From Candidatus Woesebacteria bacterium UBA1430 (lineage in GTDB: Bacteria > Patescibacteriota > Microgenomatia > UBA8517), in assembly GCA_002329465.1 (NCBI GenBank), contig DCTW01000004.1:2933-66932 (forward strand): DNA of 64,000 nt, written 5' to 3'. The notes under the pieces are model-generated. The model had not been told where the DNA came from. It worked only from the letters and a program-made list of their open reading frames with translations, and did not search any database. The translations under genes and the position numbers were made by a program. The first letter of the stretch is position 1. Every line of letters begins with the position of its first letter. Positions 1 to 10,125 of the stretch are shown here, in pieces.

Positions 1-923
1 AAAAAAATAACCACAGCGCCCTTTTTGTACTTTACGCCACCAAGGTAATCCATCACTTCAGGACTTCCCCCAAAATGCTTTCCCGTCCAAGCAGCAGGCC
101 CGGAATCGGCAATCGAAGCGACCAACGCTTTTCCATTTTCAGGATTTACAATCAACACCTTTCTGTATTTGTACCAATCCTTCAAATATTTCGCGCGCGT
201 ATTCCAATCCGGAAGATAAAGCGTCTGAACAACCGCATACCACTTTTCAACCTCACGAAGATCATCACTAAGCTTTTCCCTTGAAGGAGCAAAATATCCC
301 CACGCGCCAAGTCCGGGAGCAATGCCCTCCTTTACAATTTCTTGCGGGTTATCAGACCCGTACTCACCCTCTCGCGGCAGGTGATCAGCCAATCTATCCC
401 CAGGGTATCTTTTTAAATGCTGCTCCGCACCAATATACCCGTAAGTAGTATTAAGGTGCTCTCCCTCAAGCGTAGCCCGCGCAGGTACACCAATAATATC
501 CTCAAAAACCCGCTCCAAATATTTTTCCTCTATTCTTGATAAAGGTCGAGGTTTCTTTGGTAAAAGCTTTGAAAGCGCATCAACAACACTCTCCTCGGGC
601 ATGGCTATGGGCACGCTCTTTTCATCTCTAAGCCCTTCAATAACAAATTCTTCGGGATTTAGCCCGTCCTTCAAAGAAGTAGGGGGCGACAATAAGAGAG
701 AACCCGCAAGCGCCCCTGCACCAACAAGCTTTGCCGAATTTTCCCTAATCCTTGATATATCAAACCCCTTTGACTTTAAATAACTATCAGCTTTTGTATA
801 TTTCTCGCCAAAAGACTTTTTGGTATCAAAGCTTTTTAACTTTAATTTTTCCCGAATATTCTCAAAATCATACTTTACTATTTCATCCTTAACCTTAACA
901 ATCTCATTGTTTTTCTTTTTCAT
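1..923 (-). CDS. Conserved hypothetical protein running off the window start; C-terminal part resembles an RlpA-like double-psi beta-barrel
   Basis: Hand-translated open frame from ATG 923 (overlaps gltX TGA): MKKKNNEIVKVKDEIVKYDF...KVLIVNPENGKALVASIADSGPAAWTGKHFGGSPEVMDYL; no stop before base 1; not in ORF track. Confidence 0.75.
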   Translation of the reverse strand, partial: MKKKNNEIVKVKDEIVKYDFENIREKLKLKSFDTKKSFGEKYTKADSYLKSKGFDISRIRENSAKLVGAGALAGSLLLSPPTSLKDGLNPEEFVIEGLRDEKSVPIAMPEESVVDALSKLLPKKPRPLSRIEEKYLERVFEDIIGVPARATLEGEHLNTTYGYIGAEQHLKRYPGDRLADHLPREGEYGSDNPQEIVKEGIAPGLGAWGYFAPSREKLSDDLREVEKWYAVVQTLYLPDWNTRAKYLKDWYKYRKVLIVNPENGKALVASIADSGPAAWTGKHFGGSPEVMDYLGGVKYKKGAVVIF

Positions 924-2182
924 TTTAGCGACAAAGAAAGCCTCTCTAGCACCTCGTCCTTTCCAAGAATATAAATACAATCATTAATCGGTGGAGTCAC
1001 TCGACTTCCGGACAACGAAGCCCTTAAATCCATAAAAAAGTCTCCGGTCTTAAACCCTTCAGACTTAACTTTATTAATAAGACCCTCATCAATTGCTTGT
1101 CTTTCCCATTTTTTTATCCCGGAAAGAGCATCAAAAGCAGCCTTTATATGCCACTCAAAACTATCCGTTACTCTCAAGGGTTTTTTGCGTTCAAACATAA
1201 ATCCCGCCAACGATTCAAACTCAGTAAGATTCCTCATTCTGTTCTGAACCAAAGGAATTATCCTGCTAATCAACTCCTTCGGATATTTCCCTTTATAAAA
1301 TTCAAATATTTGGTTTTTTACTTTTGATTTCGGGATTTTCCTCAAGTATTCACCATTAATCCAATTAAGCTTCTCCGTATCAAAAATCGGCCCCGCTTTC
1401 CTAACTCTCTCAAGGTTAAAAAGCTCAACAAACTCACCCAAATCAAATATTTCCTTCTCCTTTGGGTGAGACCACCCAAGAAGACAGAGAAAATTTACCA
1501 AGGCTTGGGGCAAATATCCGTGAGATCTAAAAATCCTAAGGTCAACTGGATCCCTTCTTTTTGAAAGCTTTTTTTTGTCCTTATTTCTCAAAGTAGGAAG
1601 ATGGGCAAAAAAAGGCATTTTTTCCCCCAAAGCTTGATAAATTGCAATTTGCCTCGGAGTATTTGAAATATGCTCCTCTCCGCGAATTACATGAGTTATC
1701 TTCATCAAAATATCATCAATAACAACAGCAAAATTATAAGTAGGAAACCCGTCGGACTTAAAAATAACAAAATCGCCTATTTCTTCACCGGGAAAGGATA
1801 TTCTGCCTCGAACCTTATCATTCCAGGAAATCTCCGAGTTCGTATTCTTAAACCTTACCGCCCCCTCATCACGGTAAGCCATACCACTATCCAAAAGCCG
1901 CTCAATATACTGTTTATAAGTTTCAAGCCGTTCGGATTGTTTGTATGGCGCATATTTCCCGCCAATATCAGGTCCCTCATCCCAAGTTAAGCCAAGCCAG
2001 GTTAATCCCTCATAGATCGCCTTTTCAGCGCCCTCAACATTTCTTTTAATATCCGTATCCTCAAGCCGAAGCACAAATTTCCCGCCATTTTTTTTAGCAA
2101 AAGCATAATTAAACAAAGCAGTATAGGCAGTACCTACATGAGCAAATCCAGTTGGCGAAGGCGCTATCCTTACTCTTACCAT
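920..2182 (-). CDS. gltX: Glutamate--tRNA ligase (compact form)
   Basis: VRVRIAPSPTG, HVGT (HIGH), LRLEDTD, ITHVIRGEEH, KLSKR motifs. Confidence 0.97.
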   Translation of the reverse strand: MVRVRIAPSPTGFAHVGTAYTALFNYAFAKKNGGKFVLRLEDTDIKRNVEGAEKAIYEGLTWLGLTWDEGPDIGGKYAPYKQSERLETYKQYIERLLDSGMAYRDEGAVRFKNTNSEISWNDKVRGRISFPGEEIGDFVIFKSDGFPTYNFAVVIDDILMKITHVIRGEEHISNTPRQIAIYQALGEKMPFFAHLPTLRNKDKKKLSKRRDPVDLRIFRSHGYLPQALVNFLCLLGWSHPKEKEIFDLGEFVELFNLERVRKAGPIFDTEKLNWINGEYLRKIPKSKVKNQIFEFYKGKYPKELISRIIPLVQNRMRNLTEFESLAGFMFERKKPLRVTDSFEWHIKAAFDALSGIKKWERQAIDEGLINKVKSEGFKTGDFFMDLRASLSGSRVTPPINDCIYILGKDEVLERLSLSLK

Positions 2183-2226
2183 TTCAATTGAATTCTACCA
2201 TCTGTTAAAGTTATACTCAAAGATAT

Positions 2227-3309
2227 ATGGCCACTAAATTAACAAATATTGCTATAAAAACAAGAAAATCAATAAGATACGGTATCTACTTCATGATTTT
2301 TATAATCATCGCACGATTTGCCATAAATACAGGCAATAACTTAAGACTCAAACTCTTCCCTCCCGCGCCTCCGCCGCCAACGGTTGGCTTCAGCCGCCTT
2401 CCACAAATACCATTCCCCGAAAAAGATGCTTCGATTCCCTCTCTCACCTTTACCGTAGAAACATCAACGGGCACTCTTCCTGATTTCCCTATCTCTATGC
2501 CCGTTTATTATATGCCCAAATCTTCGGCAAACCTAAACTCAGTTGACATCGCCAAAGAAAAAGCAAAAGCACTAGGCTTTAGCCCGAATCCAACGGAAAT
2601 AAGCTCCACACTCTATAGATTTAGCCACCCACAAGTACCGGCTTCAATGGAAATGAATATAATAACAGGCACCTTTTCCACAAGCTATAATTTAGCGGCA
2701 GACCCGTCTCCCTTAAACAACAAACCGCCATTTCCCGAAACTGCCCAAGATATAACAAAAAGCACATTAAGTAGAGCCGGCAGTCTTCCCGAAGATCTCA
2801 CTGTTTTTGGCAACGCACAATTTCTAAAACTGGAAAACCAAAAACTTGTAAGCGCCCTGTCTCTTTCGGAGGCAAACTTCGTCAAAGTAAACTTGTTTAG
2901 AAAATCATTCGGTCAAGAAGGGCAATACAAAAGCTTAACAAAAAATCCGCTCGAAGCAAACGTCTGGTTTATAATAAGCGGCGCAAGGGAAACTGAAAAA
3001 AGAATAATAGGTTCCGAATTCCACTACTATCCAATAGATGAAGAGCAAAACGAAACATACCCCATCAAAACAAGCCAGGAAGCACTTGATGATCTTAAAA
3101 ATGGCAAGGGCTATATCGCAAGCCTCGGCCTCAACAAAGAAGGCGTTATCACAATAAGAAATATTTATCTCGCATATTACGATCCAAACGTCCCCTCGCA
3201 ATTTTTCCAACCCATAGTTGTATTTGAAGGAGACGGAGGATTTGTAGGTTATGTTCCCGCTGTTAGCTCCGACTATTACGGCGAAATCGAAGCCGGAGCC
3301 GATGGATAA
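2227..3309 (+). CDS. Membrane-anchored hypothetical protein
   Basis: 360 aa ORF; N-terminal hydrophobic helix followed by Pro-rich linker. Confidence 0.7.
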   Translation: MATKLTNIAIKTRKSIRYGIYFMIFIIIARFAINTGNNLRLKLFPPAPPPPTVGFSRLPQIPFPEKDASIPSLTFTVETSTGTLPDFPISMPVYYMPKSSANLNSVDIAKEKAKALGFSPNPTEISSTLYRFSHPQVPASMEMNIITGTFSTSYNLAADPSPLNNKPPFPETAQDITKSTLSRAGSLPEDLTVFGNAQFLKLENQKLVSALSLSEANFVKVNLFRKSFGQEGQYKSLTKNPLEANVWFIISGARETEKRIIGSEFHYYPIDEEQNETYPIKTSQEALDDLKNGKGYIASLGLNKEGVITIRNIYLAYYDPNVPSQFFQPIVVFEGDGGFVGYVPAVSSDYYGEIEAGADG

Positions 3310-4214
3310 ACCCATTTATAATTTTCAAATATAAACTCAATAAGCTCCCTCGTTTCTCCAAATCTATCCTGGCTGCCCATCAGTGAAATCAATACACGCC
3401 TGCCGTCACGATTTACATAAGTAACCAAATTCTCCCTTGCATTCTCCGTCCACCCTGTTTTTACTCCCAACACACCATCTACCTCTCCAAGAAGCTCGTT
3501 CAAATTAGTAAGTCTATGCACTACGGTTCCATCAATACTTGTAACAGTCTTTGACTCCGTAGAAACTATTTCCGAAAAAATAGGATTATCAAGAGCAAAC
3601 TCCGTTAAAGTAACAAGGTCGCGTGCCGTAGAAAAGTGGTTAACCTCATCCAACCCCGAAGGATTTGAAAAATAAGTATTTTTAAGCCCCAAGGCTTTTG
3701 CTCGCCTATTCATTTCATAAACAAATCCGTCTCTCCCGTTTGGAAAATGGTTTGCCAACGCCTCGGCAGCATCATTGCCGGAAAAAATCAAAAGTCCATC
3801 CAAAAGATCCCGCACAGCAATCTCCTCTCCCGCAATAAGTCCCATTTTTTGGCCGGGAATATATTCTCCGTTTATTCTGACTCGCTCACCTGTTGAATAA
3901 TTCTCAATCGCAACCAAAGCAGTCATTATCTTAGTTGTAGAAGCCGGAAAAAAGGCTATATCGGAATTCTTTTCAAAAAGAGAAATTCTGGAATCAAGAT
4001 CAATCGCGTAAACCCCCCACGCAGAAAGTACAGGAAAAGATACTTTACCTTTAAGCGTTGGTATCGGGCTAAGGTCATATCTCGGTTCATAAACAATCTC
4101 CCGATTTAGACTTTTTGCAAACGAACTGCTCGAAAACGCAAACGAAGCCACAAATATAAAAGAGGCCATAGAAAAATACAAAAGTTTATTCTTTAAATAT
4201 TGAAAAAACGTCAT
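3276..4214 (-). CDS. dacA: D-alanyl-D-alanine carboxypeptidase (peptidase S11)
   Basis: ASTTK (SxxK), SGN (SxN), KTG motifs; signal/TM segment. Confidence 0.9.
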   Translation of the reverse strand: MTFFQYLKNKLLYFSMASFIFVASFAFSSSSFAKSLNREIVYEPRYDLSPIPTLKGKVSFPVLSAWGVYAIDLDSRISLFEKNSDIAFFPASTTKIMTALVAIENYSTGERVRINGEYIPGQKMGLIAGEEIAVRDLLDGLLIFSGNDAAEALANHFPNGRDGFVYEMNRRAKALGLKNTYFSNPSGLDEVNHFSTARDLVTLTEFALDNPIFSEIVSTESKTVTSIDGTVVHRLTNLNELLGEVDGVLGVKTGWTENARENLVTYVNRDGRRVLISLMGSQDRFGETRELIEFIFENYKWVYPSAPASISP

Positions 4215-5620
4215 TTTTCGGATTTTACTTCTATACCCAACTCAGATAATTGCTTCTCGTCCGCACCGCTTGGAGCATCCATTACGGCGGTTTGTCCTCC
4301 AGATGTAGCCGGAAAAGCTATAACCTCCCTGATACTCGGTTCACCCAAAGCAACATAAATAAACCTATCAATCCCCGGAGCAATCCCGCCATGTGGAGGC
4401 ACGCCGTAAGTAAAAGCCGTCAGCATATGCTCAAACTGATCCCGCTGCTTCTTGCTAAATCCAATAAGTTCAAACACCTTTTCCTGAATCTTTGCATCAT
4501 GAATTCGCACACTTCCTCCCCCCACCTCAAAACCGTTCAAAATCATGTCATGCTGCAGCCCTCTTACTCTCATTGGATCTTTATCCAAAAGGGTAAAATC
4601 ATCAGGATGAGGCGCCGTAAACATGTGATGGCTTGGAGCAAAGCGCGCTTCACCCGATCCGTAGAAATAATCATCCTCACTCTGTTTCGCAAACAAAGGA
4701 AAATCAACTATCCAGGCAAAAGCCAGCTCATCTTTATCCTCTTTGTTTTTTCTCAAATCAGGTTTATCACTCCCGTATTTTTCAATAGCTTCTTTATGGG
4801 AAATTCTAGGCCAAGGAAATTGAGTAATTTTTTTATGAGGAAATATTTTCTTCACTAATTGAGTAAATAACTCCTCCGTTAATCTTAAAATATCCTCCTG
4901 TTTAACAAAACTCATTTCTATATCAAGCTGTGTAAATTCGCCATATGCGCGATCTGCCCTAGGATCTTCATCGCGAAAACAGCGCGCAATCTGAAAATAC
5001 TTTTCAAAACCAGCAATCATCAAAAGTTGTTTATATTGCTGAGGAGACTGGGGTAAAGCATAAAACTTTCCAGGCTGAAGCCTTGAGGGAACCAAAAAAT
5101 CCCTTGCCCCCTCCGGAGTTGTCTTTGTCAATATCGGCGTCTCAACCTCCACAAACTCCCTTTCATGCAGCCATTCACGGATAAATTGCACTGCCTTTGA
5201 CCGCACTCTAATATTCCGAGCCATTCTTGCTCTTCGAAGATCCAAATACCGGTACTTCATCCTCACGGATTCGTCAATTTCATATCCATCGGTTGTTAAA
5301 GGAATAGGTATCTCACCGGCAGGAGATAAAACATTAATTTCTTTAACCTCTATCTCGATATCTCCCGTCTCAAGATTCGGATTTATTAATTTCTCAGGCC
5401 GCTTTTTAACTAATCCAGTAATCTCAATAACGCTTTCAAGAGTAATCTTTTGACTAAAATCCTTAGGATCTAACACACACTGTACTACCCCGCTCATATC
5501 CCTTAGATCGATAAAAACCACGCGCTTATGCTCCCTTATCTTATCCACCCACCCCATAAGTAGAACTTTTTTATCTTTTTTCGAAACGCTTCTTTTTACA
5601 AGTATTCTCTGCATATTCAC
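4211..5620 (-). CDS. aspS: Aspartate--tRNA ligase, short form lacking GAD domain
   Basis: FIDLRD OB fold, TPEGARDFLVPSR, LPQSPQQYKQLLM, CFRDED, PPHGGIAPGIDR. Confidence 0.96.
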   Translation of the reverse strand: MNMQRILVKRSVSKKDKKVLLMGWVDKIREHKRVVFIDLRDMSGVVQCVLDPKDFSQKITLESVIEITGLVKKRPEKLINPNLETGDIEIEVKEINVLSPAGEIPIPLTTDGYEIDESVRMKYRYLDLRRARMARNIRVRSKAVQFIREWLHEREFVEVETPILTKTTPEGARDFLVPSRLQPGKFYALPQSPQQYKQLLMIAGFEKYFQIARCFRDEDPRADRAYGEFTQLDIEMSFVKQEDILRLTEELFTQLVKKIFPHKKITQFPWPRISHKEAIEKYGSDKPDLRKNKEDKDELAFAWIVDFPLFAKQSEDDYFYGSGEARFAPSHHMFTAPHPDDFTLLDKDPMRVRGLQHDMILNGFEVGGGSVRIHDAKIQEKVFELIGFSKKQRDQFEHMLTAFTYGVPPHGGIAPGIDRFIYVALGEPSIREVIAFPATSGGQTAVMDAPSGADEKQLSELGIEVKSEK

Positions 5621-5660
5621 CCAAGCTTCTTCCTGATTGTAAGTTTAGCGGCTCTCCGAG

Positions 5661-7139
5661 TCAATATTCCTTTTTAATGGCGCGTATAGCAGTATTAGTC
5701 ACCACAAAATCAAGCCACCTTTTATTTGGTTTACCGGGATTTTTTGCCTTAATTATTTCACAAACATCACCGCTTTTAAGCTCATAATCCAAAGCTACAA
5801 TATGGCCATTCACTCGGGCTCCCTTAATATATTTCCCCAAGCCGGTATGAACGGCGTATGCAAAATCTACAGGTGTCGCGCCACTAGGAAGATCATACAC
5901 ATCGCCCTTTGGAGAAAAAACAAAATTTCTGTGTTTGAAAAAATCAAGCTTCACAAAATTCAAAAATTCTTTACTATCTTTTACTTCTTCCTGCCACTTT
6001 GCAAGCTGCTTCACCCAAACAAGCTTATCCACTGGAACACTTACCCCATGCTTTTCTAAAACCTCATCCCGCGCTCCTTTTGCCTTTGCCTCAGAATACG
6101 CCCAATGAGCAGCCAAACCATACTCAGCCTGATAATTCATTCTTTTAGTTCTAATTTGCACTTCAACTATCCTTCCACCCGGACCGAATACTTTCGTGTG
6201 TATAGATCTATAGCCATTTGGCTTTGGTTGTGCGATAAAATCACTTACCCCGACATGAGGCACTGGCTTATAAATTGAATGAATTATTCCAAGCACCACA
6301 TAGCACGATGAAATAGTATCTACAATTACCCTCATCGCCACAATGTCATAAACCTTATCAAAATTCCAGTCAATCTCACGCCTCTCAAGCTTCTTCCATA
6401 AAGAATAAAGATGCTTCTTTCTCGCATGTATATCAACGTCTTCAATCCCAGCCCTTGCAAGCTCCTTTAATATCTCCCTCCTCATAGATTCGATATGCTT
6501 TTCCACCTTACGATAAAAAGGTTTTGATTTCTGAAAAACCTCCTTATATTCCTTAGGATAAACGTAAGGAAAAGCACAATCTTCAAGCTCTGCTTTTATC
6601 TCACCCATACCCAAACGCTCGGCAAGCGGAGCAAACACTTCAAGCGTCTCCGAAGCTATTTTAACCCTTTTACCATCAGGTAAAGGTTCCAATGTCCTCA
6701 TATTATGAACCCGATCGGCAAGCTTAAGAAGCACCACCCTCAAGTCTTTAGCCATTACTAAAAACATTTTTCTTAAATTCTCTACAAACTCCTGTTCATG
6801 GCTTCCCTTCAATCTAACATTGGAAACCTTTGTCACACCGTCAACTAAAAAGGCTACATCGCTACCAAACTCCTTCGATACCTCCTCAATCTTAATTCCA
6901 CAATCCTCGACAACATCATGCAAAACTCCGGCAACTATAGTATCCTGATCAAGCTTCCACTCACAAAGAAGCTTAGCCACCTCAACAACGTGCGAAACAT
7001 AGTCCTCTCCGGTTTTTCTTTTTTGCCCGTAATGGCTTATTTCGGCAAATTCATACGCCTTCTTTAGTACATCTAAGTCAATAGATATATCATTTTCCTT
7101 AACTTTATAAATCAAATCATCCAAATAGTTAATTTTCAT
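5661..7139 (-). CDS. rel: RelA/SpoT family (p)ppGpp synthetase/hydrolase (HD + SYNTH + TGS only)
   Basis: LHDVVED hydrolase, KPNGYRSIHT and EVQIRT synthetase, GATPVDFAYAVHT TGS; ends after TGS. Confidence 0.93.
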   Translation of the reverse strand: MKINYLDDLIYKVKENDISIDLDVLKKAYEFAEISHYGQKRKTGEDYVSHVVEVAKLLCEWKLDQDTIVAGVLHDVVEDCGIKIEEVSKEFGSDVAFLVDGVTKVSNVRLKGSHEQEFVENLRKMFLVMAKDLRVVLLKLADRVHNMRTLEPLPDGKRVKIASETLEVFAPLAERLGMGEIKAELEDCAFPYVYPKEYKEVFQKSKPFYRKVEKHIESMRREILKELARAGIEDVDIHARKKHLYSLWKKLERREIDWNFDKVYDIVAMRVIVDTISSCYVVLGIIHSIYKPVPHVGVSDFIAQPKPNGYRSIHTKVFGPGGRIVEVQIRTKRMNYQAEYGLAAHWAYSEAKAKGARDEVLEKHGVSVPVDKLVWVKQLAKWQEEVKDSKEFLNFVKLDFFKHRNFVFSPKGDVYDLPSGATPVDFAYAVHTGLGKYIKGARVNGHIVALDYELKSGDVCEIIKAKNPGKPNKRWLDFVVTNTAIRAIKKEY

Positions 7140-8758
7140 AAATCCGATACCCTCACGTCCTTTATATTTAGCTGTATTTCCTCATGTCCATTCCATGAAT
7201 TTTTTTCAATCCCGTACACCAAATCAATCTTTCCATCCTCGTCTATTTTTATATCACCAAATCCAAAAGCAATCGCGCTATACTCACGCCCGTCTCGGCC
7301 AAGCTTAAATTTTAAATGTTTTCCATCCTTGCCTACTGCCTTTTTCTCAACAATGCACACCTTTCGCGTCAAAAAGCTGGGCCTTGGATTTCCAAGTCCT
7401 AAAGGTTCGAAATCTTCAATTCTTTCCTGCAATTCCCAATTTATATCATCAAACCCTATCTCCAGATCAACCCTAAGCGTTTTTCGAAGTATATCATCAT
7501 TAAGAAAATCTTTTGCAAAATCATTAAACTCATCTATAAATTTGTCAACATCTTCGCTACGGATAGTAAACCCGGCAGCCATGGGATGCCCCCCACCCGA
7601 GACCAAATAATTATCAAATTTTCTAATACTCTCAATTATATTAAAACCTGCAATCGATCTCGCCGAAGCTTTTGAAAGTATTTTTCCCTTTGAAATAACA
7701 ATACTCGGCCTATAAAACTCTTCAACAAGATTGGAAGCAATAAGCCCAATTATTCCCTCATGAAAGCTCTCGTGAGAAACGGCAATTATTCCACCGGGAT
7801 CCAATGAAACCATTTCCTTTGCAACTGAGTATGATTCTTCCACAACTTTTTGCCTTTTCGTGTTCATCTCATTTAAAAGCATCGCCAAGCTCTTTGCTTT
7901 CTTGGAATCTTTTGTACAAATTAGCCTCAGCGAATCAAGCGAATGACTCATTCTACCCATAGCGTTTAACCTTGGAGCAATTATAAAACCCACATGGTAA
8001 GCGTTAATAGAATCAGTTTCAAGCGCCGCTTGCTCAAACAACGCAATAAGTCCTTCGCGTTTTGTCATAGAAAGATCGGCTAAGCCGTATTTAACAATAG
8101 ACCGGTTAACAGACAAAAGAGGCATTTGATCTGATATTGTACCAATGGCAGCAAGCTCAAGCCAATCACCTTTTATAAGTTTATTTGCCAAAACATAAGC
8201 CACCCCCGATCCACAAATTTTTGTACTGTGAACAAAAGAGTGTGCTTTAGGCTTCTTTTCTCCAGGCTGATGGTGATCTGTAACAATAACGTCAATCCCA
8301 TTTTCTTTTGCATAAGAAATAGCCTCATTTGCAGTAATTCCGTTGTCCACCGTTATTAATAATGATAAATCCGGATATTTCTTAAGCAAAATATCTATAC
8401 TAGACGTACTCATCCCATACCCTTCCGAAAATCTATCGGGTATATAAGGCATTACATTAGCACCCAGCTTGTAAAGAGCCTCCCAAACGATTGCAGTCGC
8501 GGCAATTCCATCCGCATCGTAATCTCCGAAAACGACAATTTTATCCTTTCTGAAAAGAGCCTTTTTAATTCGCTTAATTGCCTCCTCAAACATCACTGGA
8601 TCAATCCCATACTCTTCCAGAGTTATCTCGTCAGGATGTCTCGGTTTAAAAAATTCTTTCCTCTCCTTTTTTGTTTTTATACCCCTGTTATCAAGAAGAG
8701 CATCAACAATGTCATTAGATTTTGACTTATTGATCACCTCCCACTTATATTCCCCCAT
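7136..8758 (-). CDS. recJ: Single-stranded DNA exonuclease RecJ
   Basis: GDYDADG, TVDNG, DHH, PRLNAMGR, GGHPMAAG motifs. Confidence 0.96.
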   Translation of the reverse strand: MGEYKWEVINKSKSNDIVDALLDNRGIKTKKERKEFFKPRHPDEITLEEYGIDPVMFEEAIKRIKKALFRKDKIVVFGDYDADGIAATAIVWEALYKLGANVMPYIPDRFSEGYGMSTSSIDILLKKYPDLSLLITVDNGITANEAISYAKENGIDVIVTDHHQPGEKKPKAHSFVHSTKICGSGVAYVLANKLIKGDWLELAAIGTISDQMPLLSVNRSIVKYGLADLSMTKREGLIALFEQAALETDSINAYHVGFIIAPRLNAMGRMSHSLDSLRLICTKDSKKAKSLAMLLNEMNTKRQKVVEESYSVAKEMVSLDPGGIIAVSHESFHEGIIGLIASNLVEEFYRPSIVISKGKILSKASARSIAGFNIIESIRKFDNYLVSGGGHPMAAGFTIRSEDVDKFIDEFNDFAKDFLNDDILRKTLRVDLEIGFDDINWELQERIEDFEPLGLGNPRPSFLTRKVCIVEKKAVGKDGKHLKFKLGRDGREYSAIAFGFGDIKIDEDGKIDLVYGIEKNSWNGHEEIQLNIKDVRVSDL

Positions 8759-8775
8759 ATCGTATAATTTAGCAT

Positions 8776-10119
8776 ATGAAGATATCTTTGCCAGATGAAG
8801 TTACAAAAATTCTACGTAAACTAGACTCAAAAGGCTTTGAAGTTTACATAGTCGGAGGAGCCGTTAGAGACATTTTAATGGGCAAGATGGTAAACGACTG
8901 GGATTTCACAACAAACGCCACACCAGACAAAATTCTTAAAATATTCAAAAACGCATTTTACGACAATAAGTTCGGAACAGTCGGCATCCCAGCAAAAGAC
9001 CCCGATCTTAAACCCCATGAAATAACTACATTTAGAACGGAGGAGGGCTATTCCGATTCCCGCCGTCCCGATAAAATCAAGTGGGGTAAAAGTCTCACCG
9101 AAGACCTTACCCGCCGCGACTTTACCATCAACGCCATGGCTATTGACCCAAATACCCTCTCAATTATTGATCCGTTTAACGGACAAAAAGACATTCAAAA
9201 AAAATTAATAAGAGCCGTAGGTGACCCAAACGAACGCATAAAAGAAGATGCCCTTAGGCTTCTGCGCGCACTGCGTATAGCATCGCAGCTTGGATTTTCA
9301 GTCGAAGACGAAACCCTCAATGCAATTAAATCATCCGCCGCTTTAATAAATAAAATCGCCAAAGAAAGAATAAAAGACGAACTTTTTAAAATTCTAATTT
9401 CACCGAACCCGATTCAGGGTATTACGCTTATGAGAAAAACAAATCTCTTAGAAGAAATCCTCCCGGAAGCAGAAAAAATGTTTGGTGTAGATCAGGTTTC
9501 TCCGCAAAGGCATCATATCTACGATGTAGGAACCCATGCTCTAATGTCCCTTAAAAACCTAAGATCAAGGGATCCGATTGTTGCCTTAGCCACTTTTATC
9601 CACGACATAGGAAAACCTCAAACCTACAAAAAAACAGATCAAGGGGTAATCACTTTCTATAATCATGAAATAGTCGGGGCTAAAATTGCGAAAAACATTT
9701 CATCAAGACTAAGGCTATCAAAAAAGGAAGAGGAAAAACTCTACAAACTTGTGCGCTATCACCAATTCACAGTTGACGAAAACCAAAGCGATAAAGCAAT
9801 AAAAAGATTTATAAAAAAAGTAGGACTCGAAAATGTCGAGGATATGCTTGAATTAAGAAGGGCAGACAGGCTAGGAAGTGGTGCCCGCGAAACCTCATGG
9901 CGCACGGAGGAATTTAAAAAACGCCTCATTGAAGTACAAAAAACTCCATTTACAATCCACGATCTAAAAATAACAGGTCACGACGTAATGAAAGAACTTG
10001 GTATAAAACCCGGCCCAAAAGTAGGTAAAATCTTAGAAACACTTTTCAAAGAAGTCGAAGACAAAAAACTTGACAACAAAAGGGGTGAGCTTCTAAAAAG
10101 ACTAAAAGAGCTTGCTTAG
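8776..10119 (+). CDS. cca: CCA tRNA nucleotidyltransferase with HD domain
   Basis: VGGAVRD, DWD, RRDFTINA, EDALRLLR, HDIGK motifs. Confidence 0.9.
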   Translation: MKISLPDEVTKILRKLDSKGFEVYIVGGAVRDILMGKMVNDWDFTTNATPDKILKIFKNAFYDNKFGTVGIPAKDPDLKPHEITTFRTEEGYSDSRRPDKIKWGKSLTEDLTRRDFTINAMAIDPNTLSIIDPFNGQKDIQKKLIRAVGDPNERIKEDALRLLRALRIASQLGFSVEDETLNAIKSSAALINKIAKERIKDELFKILISPNPIQGITLMRKTNLLEEILPEAEKMFGVDQVSPQRHHIYDVGTHALMSLKNLRSRDPIVALATFIHDIGKPQTYKKTDQGVITFYNHEIVGAKIAKNISSRLRLSKKEEEKLYKLVRYHQFTVDENQSDKAIKRFIKKVGLENVEDMLELRRADRLGSGARETSWRTEEFKKRLIEVQKTPFTIHDLKITGHDVMKELGIKPGPKVGKILETLFKEVEDKKLDNKRGELLKRLKELA

Positions 10120-10125
10120 CACTTT

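Noticed and set aside
4250..4858. 202-aa plus-strand ORF, and similar antisense ORFs across the ribosomal cluster and rpoBC
   Set aside because: Antisense to conserved genes; no independent support.
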